Positions 27,931 to 37,048 of a DNA stretch of 64,000 nt are shown piece after piece. Where the stretch lies: positions 14,607-78,606 of the forward strand of contig JBHLLF010000013.1 of assembly GCA_048885865.1 (NCBI GenBank), given 5' to 3'. Position 1 is the first letter of the stretch. Every line of letters starts with the position of its first letter. Source of the stretch: Candidatus Hermodarchaeota archaeon (GTDB taxonomy: Archaea; Asgardarchaeota; Thorarchaeia; Thorarchaeales; Thorarchaeaceae). The notes under the pieces are model-generated. The model did not search any database. It had not been told where the DNA came from and saw nothing but the letters and a program-made list of their open reading frames with translations. The position numbers and the translations under genes were made by a program.

Positions 27931-28183
27931 AATATTCACGCGAAGGTCAGAAATCTTATTTTGCCCTATTGGACCACTGATAGCCAAAATAGACTGAAAC
28001 TGATACTAGATTTGCTTCCACTTGGTAAAACAGGTTGAGTTGGCAATCAGGTGACTACGAAATGTGATCTCTGAGTCTCAAAGATGACATAAACGATAAA
28101 TGACGACGATTTCATGACACGTTCCACCCATTTATCACAACCAGACCTAGGACGCATTGAGAACGCAAGACGGAGGATAGCCA

Positions 28184-30427
28184 GTGACCAGAATCCCGAG
28201 ACCAACAAGAGGACTTCTAGTGGGTCTTTTCGGAGCTGGCTTGTTCTATGCACTGGTTGTGGCAGCAGAAGGACGGTGGGCGGATATCGATGTTCATACT
28301 GCTATTGCGGTAGAGATACTCCTGATTCTTGGAGCTCTCTTCCGAGAGCCAATAGACAAGAAGGGGCTCATCTTTGTCAGTTTCGGGATACTCGGTATTC
28401 TGCTTGCTACAATGATTCTTGGCGTGTTCACTGAGATGGTCATAATGGCCACTAGTGGAATGGCACTATACGCCTTTGGTATGAGTGAGCCAAAGTTCCC
28501 AATGACAAAACGGGCGATGGTCACAGGTATAATTGTAGGCACAATCATCACGTTTTTGGGAATTTACCTGAACCTGAAGCTCGGTGTTGTCTATTTCATT
28601 GGTGCGGAGATGCTCGGTGCAATCATTCTTGGTACCATGGGACTATATACTCCAGAAGAGAACACAATCGTCGTGGCAATTGCCAATAGCTCGGGAATGA
28701 TATCAGTTGGAGTCCTAGTGACCTTTCCAGCAATTGCCATTTGGTTACCTACCATTGATCCTGCATTGACGGCGCTTGTCGACCAGATTGTCACAATACC
28801 ATTCATTATGCTAGTCATCGCGATGAGTGGGATATTCGGTATGATTCTTCTCTTGCCATGGCGTGACATCTTCGAAGATGAGCCATGGCCACAAGTCCAA
28901 CCACAGGCAGAAACCATTCTAGCCTTGGGAGCTGACCCATCATCAAAGAAGGCTGTTTTGACAGGAATGGCAGCATCCGGAGCATGGATGGGAGTCACAA
29001 AAGCAGCCGAGGAACTCACTGGAGGGAGCCTTGAAGCATTACCCAATGCTCTCGCTCCTGCAATCCCTATGGCAGGAAATGTACCGGAATGGATAGGCGT
29101 TTCGAACTCTCCACTCATTGCAGGCGTTGGTTATTTCGTCGGCTGGAAGAGAGTGCTCATCATAGCAGGAGGCTCCGTAATTTCACTTCTTGTATGGATT
29201 CTCCTGGAAGGAGCGGCGCCCATTCACTACGGGGATCATCTTCATCGTGCTGAGATCATATACATGGTCCTTGGGATTTTCGTTGCTGTTATAGCTAAGG
29301 ATCTTCTATCAAGCAGAGATGAGGATTTGAAGCCTGACCATTTCAAAAGGCTGCTTGAGAGGGAAATCAGTGGGAAGGATGAACGGGGTGATGGACCTCA
29401 GGTAATTGAAGACCCACACAAGACGCGAGACGTACCCAGGCTTATGAGAGTACAGCAGGAGCTATTCTCAATTGAAATGATTAAGGAAGAGATTCGAGAA
29501 ATTGCTGAAAATCCTCGAGCCTACCTTCGAAGTCGAAGAGGCCAGCTACCCCCATGGGTCGCTTTTGCTTCTCTTGGCCTTTTCATCTTGGCCGGCATAA
29601 TCATATTCTGGTTTCTGACGCCGTTTCCCGAACTTCGAATAAGTTGGCTGCTTTTTGTACTGGGTTCTCCATTGGCAATGGTTTCAGCTTACTTTACTGC
29701 GAGAGCTGTGTGTGAAACAGGCATGCTAGCAGGATATATCTCAGATATCATAGCAATTCCCGCCATTCTTTTCTTTCGAGTCACGTTTCAAGCCATCACT
29801 ACATTCATGGCTATGCTGGGAGGGCTTCAGGATGCCGCACTTGCGCTACTAGTACATCTCAAACTTGGAAGACTTACAGGTGTGAGAGGACGCGATATTG
29901 TCAAAGCCGTCCTCATCGGGATGATTCTGGGCTCGCTAGTTGGATCTGTAGTGACCTTTGGCTTGTTCAAGAACCCCGGATTTGGAGGCAGCGAGCTGCC
30001 AAGCCCAGCAGCTCAACTGTTTGGTTTTCTCGTCATCAGCCTTTCTCAAATAGGCGAGTTCCAATTGCCCGGAGTTGGAGATCTTCCGGGAGTGCATCCA
30101 ATTCTCGCTTTCCTCTACCTTCTAATCTTTGCAATAGCTGGCTTCTTAGCAGCCAGAGAATTAGGTAAGAGAGGTTATAGTGCCATCAGTCTAGGCGTGG
30201 GCGTTTTGATTCCTCCAGCCACAGCAGTTACTATGCTCTTTGGAGCTTACATCAAATATAGAACAGAAAAGAAGTATGGGTCTATAGCTAGCCCCATTGA
30301 TGGGTGTGAACCTCCGACTGAGCAGGTCAGAAGTAGAATCACACAGGTGCTCAGTGGTGTCGTTGCAGGAGAGGCTGTAGTCACGATAGCTTGGGTCATT
30401 TGGAGCGTTCTTTTGCGTGGAATCTAA
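28184..30427 (+). CDS. OPT-family oligopeptide transporter-like membrane protein
   Basis: YLNLKLG, EENTIVVAIA, LPSPAAQL; many TMs; GGAGG SD. Confidence 0.8.
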   Translation: MTRIPRPTRGLLVGLFGAGLFYALVVAAEGRWADIDVHTAIAVEILLILGALFREPIDKKGLIFVSFGILGILLATMILGVFTEMVIMATSGMALYAFGMSEPKFPMTKRAMVTGIIVGTIITFLGIYLNLKLGVVYFIGAEMLGAIILGTMGLYTPEENTIVVAIANSSGMISVGVLVTFPAIAIWLPTIDPALTALVDQIVTIPFIMLVIAMSGIFGMILLLPWRDIFEDEPWPQVQPQAETILALGADPSSKKAVLTGMAASGAWMGVTKAAEELTGGSLEALPNALAPAIPMAGNVPEWIGVSNSPLIAGVGYFVGWKRVLIIAGGSVISLLVWILLEGAAPIHYGDHLHRAEIIYMVLGIFVAVIAKDLLSSRDEDLKPDHFKRLLEREISGKDERGDGPQVIEDPHKTRDVPRLMRVQQELFSIEMIKEEIREIAENPRAYLRSRRGQLPPWVAFASLGLFILAGIIIFWFLTPFPELRISWLLFVLGSPLAMVSAYFTARAVCETGMLAGYISDIIAIPAILFFRVTFQAITTFMAMLGGLQDAALALLVHLKLGRLTGVRGRDIVKAVLIGMILGSLVGSVVTFGLFKNPGFGGSELPSPAAQLFGFLVISLSQIGEFQLPGVGDLPGVHPILAFLYLLIFAIAGFLAARELGKRGYSAISLGVGVLIPPATAVTMLFGAYIKYRTEKKYGSIASPIDGCEPPTEQVRSRITQVLSGVVAGEAVVTIAWVIWSVLLRGI

Positions 30428-31392
30428 TTTCGTTCATCTACATACTCAGCTAGTCTTTGTAGGAACTTTGGAAAGTCATTCTTGTACATGCTTGCACCAG
30501 CAGCAGCTGGATGACCGCCACCTTGAGCACCCTCCATCTCAGGCAGTATGCTATCAAGTGCCTTGTTTAAATCAACACTGGACTGTCTCCGTCGTAGGCT
30601 CATGTCTACTTCATCATCAGTTGATCTGGCGCTTATGCCAACATTGGCATCTGTCACATAGGCTGCAAACTTTGCACTCTTTCCTCGGTAGCCATTTATT
30701 GGCATGTCAAGGACATAGCCAATTGGGCCTAGCTTTCGGGCATTTCCTTGGACATAGCGAAACACTTGATGCTCGATTCTGGTGGCCTTCAGTGCCAGGG
30801 TCACTATGTCATTCATTGAACTTGGCTCTATTCCAAGAGTCAATTGACGAACAATATCCTTAGCTTCCTTTCGATAGTCAATCTCCTGAAGGGCTTGAAC
30901 GAGCAAGCCAGCTTCAAGATAGAGTGTGCGTTTGTCATAATTGTCGAACTGCTGCCTAGCAAATTCTGTGTCATCACAGTAGTCACCAATTGCTCCATAA
31001 AGCGCAAGGCGAAGAGCATGTTCTGGAAGCTGTCCTTTGAACTCTCTAAATACAAGCTCTGCTGCTGAAGGGCCAACTTCGTGAACTAGATGTACTCGCT
31101 TTGAAAGCTCTCGTCTTTGTTTGGTGGTAATTGGATGATGGTCCATCCAGTAGATTGCAGTTGAGTCAGGAAATCGATCAATTGCGTCCAAAATCTCATT
31201 GAATTTCTTGCTATTTATGGCGATATCACTAATGGTGACTTTTGTAGGTCTGTCTTTTGCGACTCTATAGAGATCCTGATGAAGCTGCGATGGTCTCGTG
31301 AAATAGAAGTCAGAGCCGGGAAATGCTAAGAGTGCAATCGCTCCTGACACGATGCCGTCGAGGTCTCCATGACTGAGTACAACCGTTGTCAC
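30424..31392 (-). CDS. DHH/DHHA1 phosphoesterase
   Basis: HGDLDG, SD, MDHH, GGGHPAAAG. Confidence 0.93.
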   Translation of the reverse strand: MTTVVLSHGDLDGIVSGAIALLAFPGSDFYFTRPSQLHQDLYRVAKDRPTKVTISDIAINSKKFNEILDAIDRFPDSTAIYWMDHHPITTKQRRELSKRVHLVHEVGPSAAELVFREFKGQLPEHALRLALYGAIGDYCDDTEFARQQFDNYDKRTLYLEAGLLVQALQEIDYRKEAKDIVRQLTLGIEPSSMNDIVTLALKATRIEHQVFRYVQGNARKLGPIGYVLDMPINGYRGKSAKFAAYVTDANVGISARSTDDEVDMSLRRRQSSVDLNKALDSILPEMEGAQGGGHPAAAGASMYKNDFPKFLQRLAEYVDERN

Positions 31393-31416
31393 AATGATAC
31401 TCCTCCTGGGGACTAT

Positions 31417-32805
31417 CTATGTCTTGTACGCTTCCTCTAATGCTTTGTCCCACTCATCTTTCTCCTCAGGTTTGGCCTTCATTTTCTTGCGGGCTTTCTC
31501 ACGTTCCTTTCTTTTCCTAGCCGCGTCTTTCTTCTTCTGAGAGAGTTCTTTCTTTCGTCGCTTCAGCTCTTCCTTCTCTTCTTTGGTCAGCTTGACATCT
31601 TCTTCTCGCTTCGAGAACCAACTGATGACCATTGCCGCAAATGGAAATAGCAACACAATGGGCACTAGGAACAGAAGGACTATCTCTGGCTGGAGCACCT
31701 CTATACTGGTCTGAATGCCAACAGGAGGATTCAGAAGGAGCAGGAAAACAGCAGGGCTCATCATCATAAAGGATATCGCCACTACACTCAGAAATCGGAA
31801 TATCGAGCCCATTATTGTAGAGCCTATGACATAACTTGAGGAAGGCGCTGCTGCTTTTGCTGTGAGTTCATCCCGAGCTCTTGAGTCAGTCTGGAGCAGC
31901 TCATCCACGAAAATCTGCAGACGACGAACATCAGACACTGCATCAAGGTTCTCCAGAGCATCTTGACTACCAACAACCTTTCGTTCTATTGCTTCTCGCA
32001 AAAACGAGAATGCGGTCGATCCCGAAGACCTGCTCATCGCCGTTGTGCTAACCTTCTCCCCTCTTTCAATGGCATCCTGCTTTCGGGTTGCCTGTCTCAA
32101 TGCCAACAGTTGTTTCTTTAGGGTTTCCTCCCTGTCCTCTACTGGTTTTCCAACAGAATAGCTATAGATCATTTGATAGCTGAGTTCGAGATAAGCAAAA
32201 GAAACTAGAACAAGAACTTGAAGATCGCTGAAAAGGAATTCTATAAAGTCCTCTGGAAAGGTTTCATAATCGAGTATGGCATGCTCATTGGCAAAGAAGG
32301 GGAGATTAATTCCAAAGTCGCCAAGGATTGCTACAATTGTATTTCGGAGTACTGCGATAAGCAGAATCATCTGCAAAGAGATGAAGGCACCGCCTACGAA
32401 TTTGTGTTCCATTTTAACTAGGGACTGTAGGAAGAGCGCCACTCCAATGCCAGCACATAGAAAATAGAGGAACAGGAATGTGTTTTCGAAGAGAGAAGTC
32501 AACACCTCGAAGATATCCACTGAAAACCGTGCAAATACCTCATTCACATTAGTAATGGGACCGGATACGCCGTAGGGCTGCATATACCATGTTCGAAGGG
32601 TGATTGTGTTATAGAGCCCTACAACAAGCTCGTTCGGTACTGTGCCAGTTATTGCAGTTGATAGTCCAGTGACGAGGACAAATGAGATGAAGAAGAATAG
32701 GAGTGATAGGAGACGAAACACCGTAACCACAAAGTCATAGGGAGCGTTCCAGTGCCAGACATCGTTAGGATCCATGGTTGTGTAAATCAGGAAAGCCATG
32801 GCCAC
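31417..32805 (-). CDS. Multi-pass membrane protein with charged C-terminal tail (MoxR operon); may start at CTG 32853
   Basis: Several TMs, cytoplasmic helical insert, K/E-rich tail. Confidence 0.75.
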   Translation of the reverse strand: MAMAFLIYTTMDPNDVWHWNAPYDFVVTVFRLLSLLFFFISFVLVTGLSTAITGTVPNELVVGLYNTITLRTWYMQPYGVSGPITNVNEVFARFSVDIFEVLTSLFENTFLFLYFLCAGIGVALFLQSLVKMEHKFVGGAFISLQMILLIAVLRNTIVAILGDFGINLPFFANEHAILDYETFPEDFIEFLFSDLQVLVLVSFAYLELSYQMIYSYSVGKPVEDREETLKKQLLALRQATRKQDAIERGEKVSTTAMSRSSGSTAFSFLREAIERKVVGSQDALENLDAVSDVRRLQIFVDELLQTDSRARDELTAKAAAPSSSYVIGSTIMGSIFRFLSVVAISFMMMSPAVFLLLLNPPVGIQTSIEVLQPEIVLLFLVPIVLLFPFAAMVISWFSKREEDVKLTKEEKEELKRRKKELSQKKKDAARKRKEREKARKKMKAKPEEKDEWDKALEEAYKT

Positions 32806-32849
32806 AAACGAGGCTGTGGAGGCAATGCGAAGAATCCAAGTAGTGACTC

Positions 32850-34193
32850 TCAGAACAATGCCACCCCCCTCTGCTTTGCCTGTTCATAGGTCTTGATGAT
32901 TGCTGGAAGGAAATCCTCAGGTCCTACATTGACAACACTAATCCCAAACTTCGCTAACGCACGTGCAATCTTCCTTCGGCGTTCCCATAGCTCTTCAGAA
33001 ACGGCTTCCGCTAGAACCTTCTCAACCGGTCCAAACTGTCCCACAGGAGCCTCAAACCAGGGTCCAAACGGGCTAATGACCATCGCTCTGTGACCATTTG
33101 CAACTAAAGTCTTCATAGCATTGAGTAGAGGACCAGGACTCTCCTCAAGATCAGTCAACCAGATGACGAGTGTACGTTTCCTTGTTTGTGAAACGACGTG
33201 GGCAATTGCAGACTCATAGTCGCTCCAGCCTTTTGGCTCAGCCATTGCGAGAGACTCCAAAACATTATACATGTGATTTGGATGAGTACTTGGTGGCACA
33301 AATGAATGCACGAATTCACTAAACACACATGTGCCAACCAGGTCTTTTCGTTCGAGTCCAAGGTGAGTCAGTAGAACCGCGGCGCGGATGGCGTATTCCA
33401 GCTTGGTGTTCTCTGGGTACCCATTGCCCATGCTCCCACTTGTGTCCACCATACACATGATTTGGACGTTCTTCTCTTGCTCATACTGCTTTATTACCAT
33501 GTCACCGCGTTTTGCACTGGTCTTCCAATCAATCAGTCTGAACGAGTCCCCAGGCATGTACTCACGAAATCCTGTGAAGTCGGTCCCCATTCCGACTATC
33601 TTTGTACGATGGGATCCAAACATAAGTCCCAGTTGTCGTTGTTTCCCAATGGCATCCAATCGTCGAACATCTTTCCATGTTGGATATACCAAGACCTCTG
33701 TTTCGGCCTTCAGAGACCTTTTGTAATAGTGCAATCCAAGCCGGTCACGCATAATTACCTCAGTCGGGCCAATATTGTAGCGGCCACGCATTCTCGCCTG
33801 TAGAATATAGGAGAAGGTGATGCTACTTCCTGGCTCTATACGAGTTGCGATGAAGTTCTCACCTATGGCAAGAATCCAAGTCTCGGGATATTGGTCATGC
33901 ACCTCTATGAAGTCGAAGTGTCGACGCGAGGTGTTCCTGATTGTGACTCTGACACGGAGAAAGTCACCTGAAAACAGCTTGAGTTTGTCAATCTGGCGGT
34001 CAACCTCAATACCAGCGATGTTGGCAGTAAGTGCAAAGAAAGGCAGAGAAACGACTAAGCCGATGATAAGATACACGCCTAGAGTTGTGAGGTAGAAGTT
34101 CCCTCCTAGGGCAAATCCACTAGTGAGGAATGTTACTGCTGCAAAGATTACGACAAAGCCTCTCTGCGTGATCACAGTTGTTCTTCTCCGCAC
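32850..34193 (-). CDS. DUF58 / vWA protein
   Basis: FREYMPGDSFRLIDWKTSAK; MIDAS motif DTSGSM; TD. Confidence 0.92.
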   Translation of the reverse strand: MRRRTTVITQRGFVVIFAAVTFLTSGFALGGNFYLTTLGVYLIIGLVVSLPFFALTANIAGIEVDRQIDKLKLFSGDFLRVRVTIRNTSRRHFDFIEVHDQYPETWILAIGENFIATRIEPGSSITFSYILQARMRGRYNIGPTEVIMRDRLGLHYYKRSLKAETEVLVYPTWKDVRRLDAIGKQRQLGLMFGSHRTKIVGMGTDFTGFREYMPGDSFRLIDWKTSAKRGDMVIKQYEQEKNVQIMCMVDTSGSMGNGYPENTKLEYAIRAAVLLTHLGLERKDLVGTCVFSEFVHSFVPPSTHPNHMYNVLESLAMAEPKGWSDYESAIAHVVSQTRKRTLVIWLTDLEESPGPLLNAMKTLVANGHRAMVISPFGPWFEAPVGQFGPVEKVLAEAVSEELWERRRKIARALAKFGISVVNVGPEDFLPAIIKTYEQAKQRGVALF

Positions 34194-34212
34194 TTACATT
34201 GCTTATAGCCGG

Positions 34213-35202
34213 TTATCGAGGACAATCAACTTCTCCAAGTATCTTTGAGACCAGTCTCTCTACGGACAGGCCCTCAAGTTCAGCTTCAGGCTTCAAGACC
34301 AGTCGATGATTCAGACACTGAACTGTCAATCTCCGAACATCTTCAGGTATCACATAGTCACGCCCATCCATCGCGGCTCGTGTCTTGGATGCACTCATGA
34401 GAACCAATGATGCACGAGGCGATCCGCCGAGGAGAATTTGGGGATCATTCCTTGTCCGTATGACGATATCGCGGATGTAATTGATAATGTCCTCCTCGAT
34501 GTACACAGTTTTACACGCATTCTGCATTCGTGCAATAGTTGTAGGATCTGCAAGGATCTGAAGGTCAGAAGCCTCTCCAATGTGCTTCCTTCGAATGACC
34601 TCTGCCTCTTCGGAGTCAGTGGGATAGTCCAGAATCAGCCTAAACATGAATCTGTCAAGCTGAGCCTCGGGAAGAGGATAGGTTCCTTCCTGTTCTACTG
34701 GATTCTGTGTCGCAATGATCAGGAAGGGTCTAGGAAGTTTCCTTGTGACTCCTTCTATCGAAACCTGTCGTTCCTCCATCACCTCAAGCAAAGCACTCTG
34801 AGACTTTGGGGGGCATCGATTGATCTCGTCTGCAAGCACAAGATTCGAAAATACTGGACCCTTTCGGTACCAGAACTCTCCTGTCCTCTGGTTGAACACA
34901 TTGCTACCCAGCAGGTCCGCTGGGAGCGTATCAACCGTGAGTTGTATTCTCTTAAACGCACAACCTAGAATGGACGCGAACGTGCGTGCCATGTAGGTCT
35001 TCGCCAAACCAGGCACGCCCTCCAGCACAACATGTCCGTTTGATAGGAATGCTATGAGCACATCACGGAGTATATCCTCCTTGCCGACGATGATTCTCCC
35101 ACACTCACGGATGATTTCTGAGCTTAGAGTGTAGACCTCATCGATGCTCATTGGCTGAAGCACCTCAGCTGGTTCGGCACCGGTTGCTTCTTCTGTTGTC
35201 AT
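34213..35202 (-). CDS. moxR: MoxR-family AAA+ ATPase
   Basis: GVPGLAKT, LADEINR, ATQNPVEQEGTYPLPEAQLDRF, GGSPRAS. Confidence 0.96.
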   Translation of the reverse strand: MTTEEATGAEPAEVLQPMSIDEVYTLSSEIIRECGRIIVGKEDILRDVLIAFLSNGHVVLEGVPGLAKTYMARTFASILGCAFKRIQLTVDTLPADLLGSNVFNQRTGEFWYRKGPVFSNLVLADEINRCPPKSQSALLEVMEERQVSIEGVTRKLPRPFLIIATQNPVEQEGTYPLPEAQLDRFMFRLILDYPTDSEEAEVIRRKHIGEASDLQILADPTTIARMQNACKTVYIEEDIINYIRDIVIRTRNDPQILLGGSPRASLVLMSASKTRAAMDGRDYVIPEDVRRLTVQCLNHRLVLKPEAELEGLSVERLVSKILGEVDCPR

Positions 35203-35220
35203 TTTTTTCTACCTCACAAT

Positions 35221-36630
35221 TCACTTAGTGTCGATTAATTTGGTTTGAATGTCACGAAGTATGAAGAAGAGTGACATCATCTCGTTCTCCTTCACCTTCA
35301 TTCCAGGATTAGAGGAGATCTCCTCAATCCTAGCGAATATTTTTTTGAAATTCTCCAAGCTGATTCCAGGGTCCTTGTACTGGAGGAGCTCATACAGCTT
35401 CCTCAGATCGAACTCGCGCCATTGATACTTCTTCACCATGGCCCTTTTCAGCTTACGGTATAACATCTTCACGACCCGCCCATAGTTGCCCTCACTACGG
35501 TAATACGACATCCGTTCGCTGAAGTAAGTTTGACCTCTTCTCAGAAAGACATCAGATACACTCTTCACTTCAGGCTTCTTGGGATCGGGCAGGTACTTAC
35601 GAATGCCTAGTACTGTTACCAGAGGATATAGAGGAGCAAGAATTGGCATGCCAGACAGCCACAGCGCTCTTCCAAGATAGAGTCCAAAGAAGAACTCAGG
35701 CGATGACCAGGGCACCTCAAGAAGATTCTCACAAAACACAATGGGTCTATTCTCATCAGTGTCGCCACGTGCAAGCCAGTTGATTATGTTCAATCCGAAT
35801 CGTAAATTGCCGCCAAAGTCCTCCACCATGTCATTGATGAAAATGCTGGGATCGCTCACAGCAACCAAGCGACCACCGCCAAGTCCCATCGCATCTCCCA
35901 AGTCGATAGCACCAGCTACCGGCAATACGCCAGCCCACTCATCTGGATCAGGCCAAGCCTCGCCTGTTTCAATTGAGGTAAGATTCTTCTCGCACCACGC
36001 ACGTCGTGTGGTCCATGCGAATCCCATATACCCCAGCAGACTCGTGGGGGTGATGACTGAGGCATAGTTTAGGTGTAAGGAACCAACTCCTTGAGTCAGA
36101 GTAGTGCCATAGCCTGTGACGCTATGAAAATCTGTCACAATGGGGAGGAGAGGGTTAGGTCCGTATGAGTCTAGGTCATAGAGAACTCCCTGTGGGAAGT
36201 TCAGTAGTCCCGTAAGGTTGACTGGGCCTGCCTGCATAGCTCCTTGCAGAAGGAGGTTGAGTATTGTAAATGAGCTGTTTGCTGTGCCAAAGTCATCCGC
36301 AATTAAGACTCCTCCTCCTCTACTCAAGTGTTGAAATATCACTAATATTGTATCCACACTGAAGTCCACAACAGGACCTGTAATCACTAATGTTGCATTA
36401 CCTTCATAGCGTCCTAGTGTACTCATCGATGCCTGGATTGTCTTTACCGTGTATCCAAGACCCTCAATAGCATCACGATATATACTGAGGCCATCATATT
36501 CCTCATTGTAGATGCTGAAATCGTGCTGGTATGTTGCCTCTACATTGAATACACTAGTCCCTATTAGAACACCAACTGGTGCCCAGCTTAGAATGAAGAG
36601 GATAACCTGCAAGTATTCTTTCCAGCCCAT
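35221..36630 (-). CDS. DUF4350-like membrane-anchored protein
   Basis: FSIYN..YDGLS, GGGVLIADDFGTAN, GRLVAVSDPSIFINDM; two TMs. Confidence 0.8.
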   Translation of the reverse strand: MGWKEYLQVILFILSWAPVGVLIGTSVFNVEATYQHDFSIYNEEYDGLSIYRDAIEGLGYTVKTIQASMSTLGRYEGNATLVITGPVVDFSVDTILVIFQHLSRGGGVLIADDFGTANSSFTILNLLLQGAMQAGPVNLTGLLNFPQGVLYDLDSYGPNPLLPIVTDFHSVTGYGTTLTQGVGSLHLNYASVITPTSLLGYMGFAWTTRRAWCEKNLTSIETGEAWPDPDEWAGVLPVAGAIDLGDAMGLGGGRLVAVSDPSIFINDMVEDFGGNLRFGLNIINWLARGDTDENRPIVFCENLLEVPWSSPEFFFGLYLGRALWLSGMPILAPLYPLVTVLGIRKYLPDPKKPEVKSVSDVFLRRGQTYFSERMSYYRSEGNYGRVVKMLYRKLKRAMVKKYQWREFDLRKLYELLQYKDPGISLENFKKIFARIEEISSNPGMKVKENEMMSLFFILRDIQTKLIDTK

Positions 36631-36645
36631 CGGTCACACCTAGAA

Positions 36646-37035
36646 CTATTCTGGCATTGCTCTTCCTTCAATTCGCGGGTATAGATCGCTGAATGTCTTG
36701 ATTGCTAGCTCGTATCTTTCACGTGTAATCACATGGTTTGAGAAGCGAGCCTCTTCATAGGATCTTATGAAGTCGTCAACAGCCACACCATCTAGCGGAA
36801 TCACCTTCAAAACACGTTCTAGGAACTCGCGTGCAGTTTCAGACTGAGCGCGTTCAGAGCCCGTCTTCATGCCGCACATCTGTTCGAAGGTACGATAAGC
36901 CAGGGTAATAGCTGCATTGTACTTCCCAGCATCTGCAAGCTTCTTGATGTTGCGGAGTTTCGCTGGAATATCAACACTTGCGACCTTCGGCGTTCCTCCG
37001 CGGAAGAGCCTGCCAATCGATTCTCTAAAGCCCAT
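36646..37035 (-). CDS. Stand-alone DUF4129 protein
   Basis: SETAREF...YEEARFS; paralog of the giant protein's C-terminal domain. Confidence 0.85.
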   Translation of the reverse strand: MGFRESIGRLFRGGTPKVASVDIPAKLRNIKKLADAGKYNAAITLAYRTFEQMCGMKTGSERAQSETAREFLERVLKVIPLDGVAVDDFIRSYEEARFSNHVITRERYELAIKTFSDLYPRIEGRAMPE

Positions 37036-37048
37036 ATTTCATCACCTT

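Noticed and set aside
19360-30427. One large RiPP or quorum-sensing cluster (ABC exporter, MTase, peptides, OPT importer)
   Set aside because: No recognisable RiPP maturase or peptidase; the genes have mixed orientations and separate operators, so linkage is unsupported
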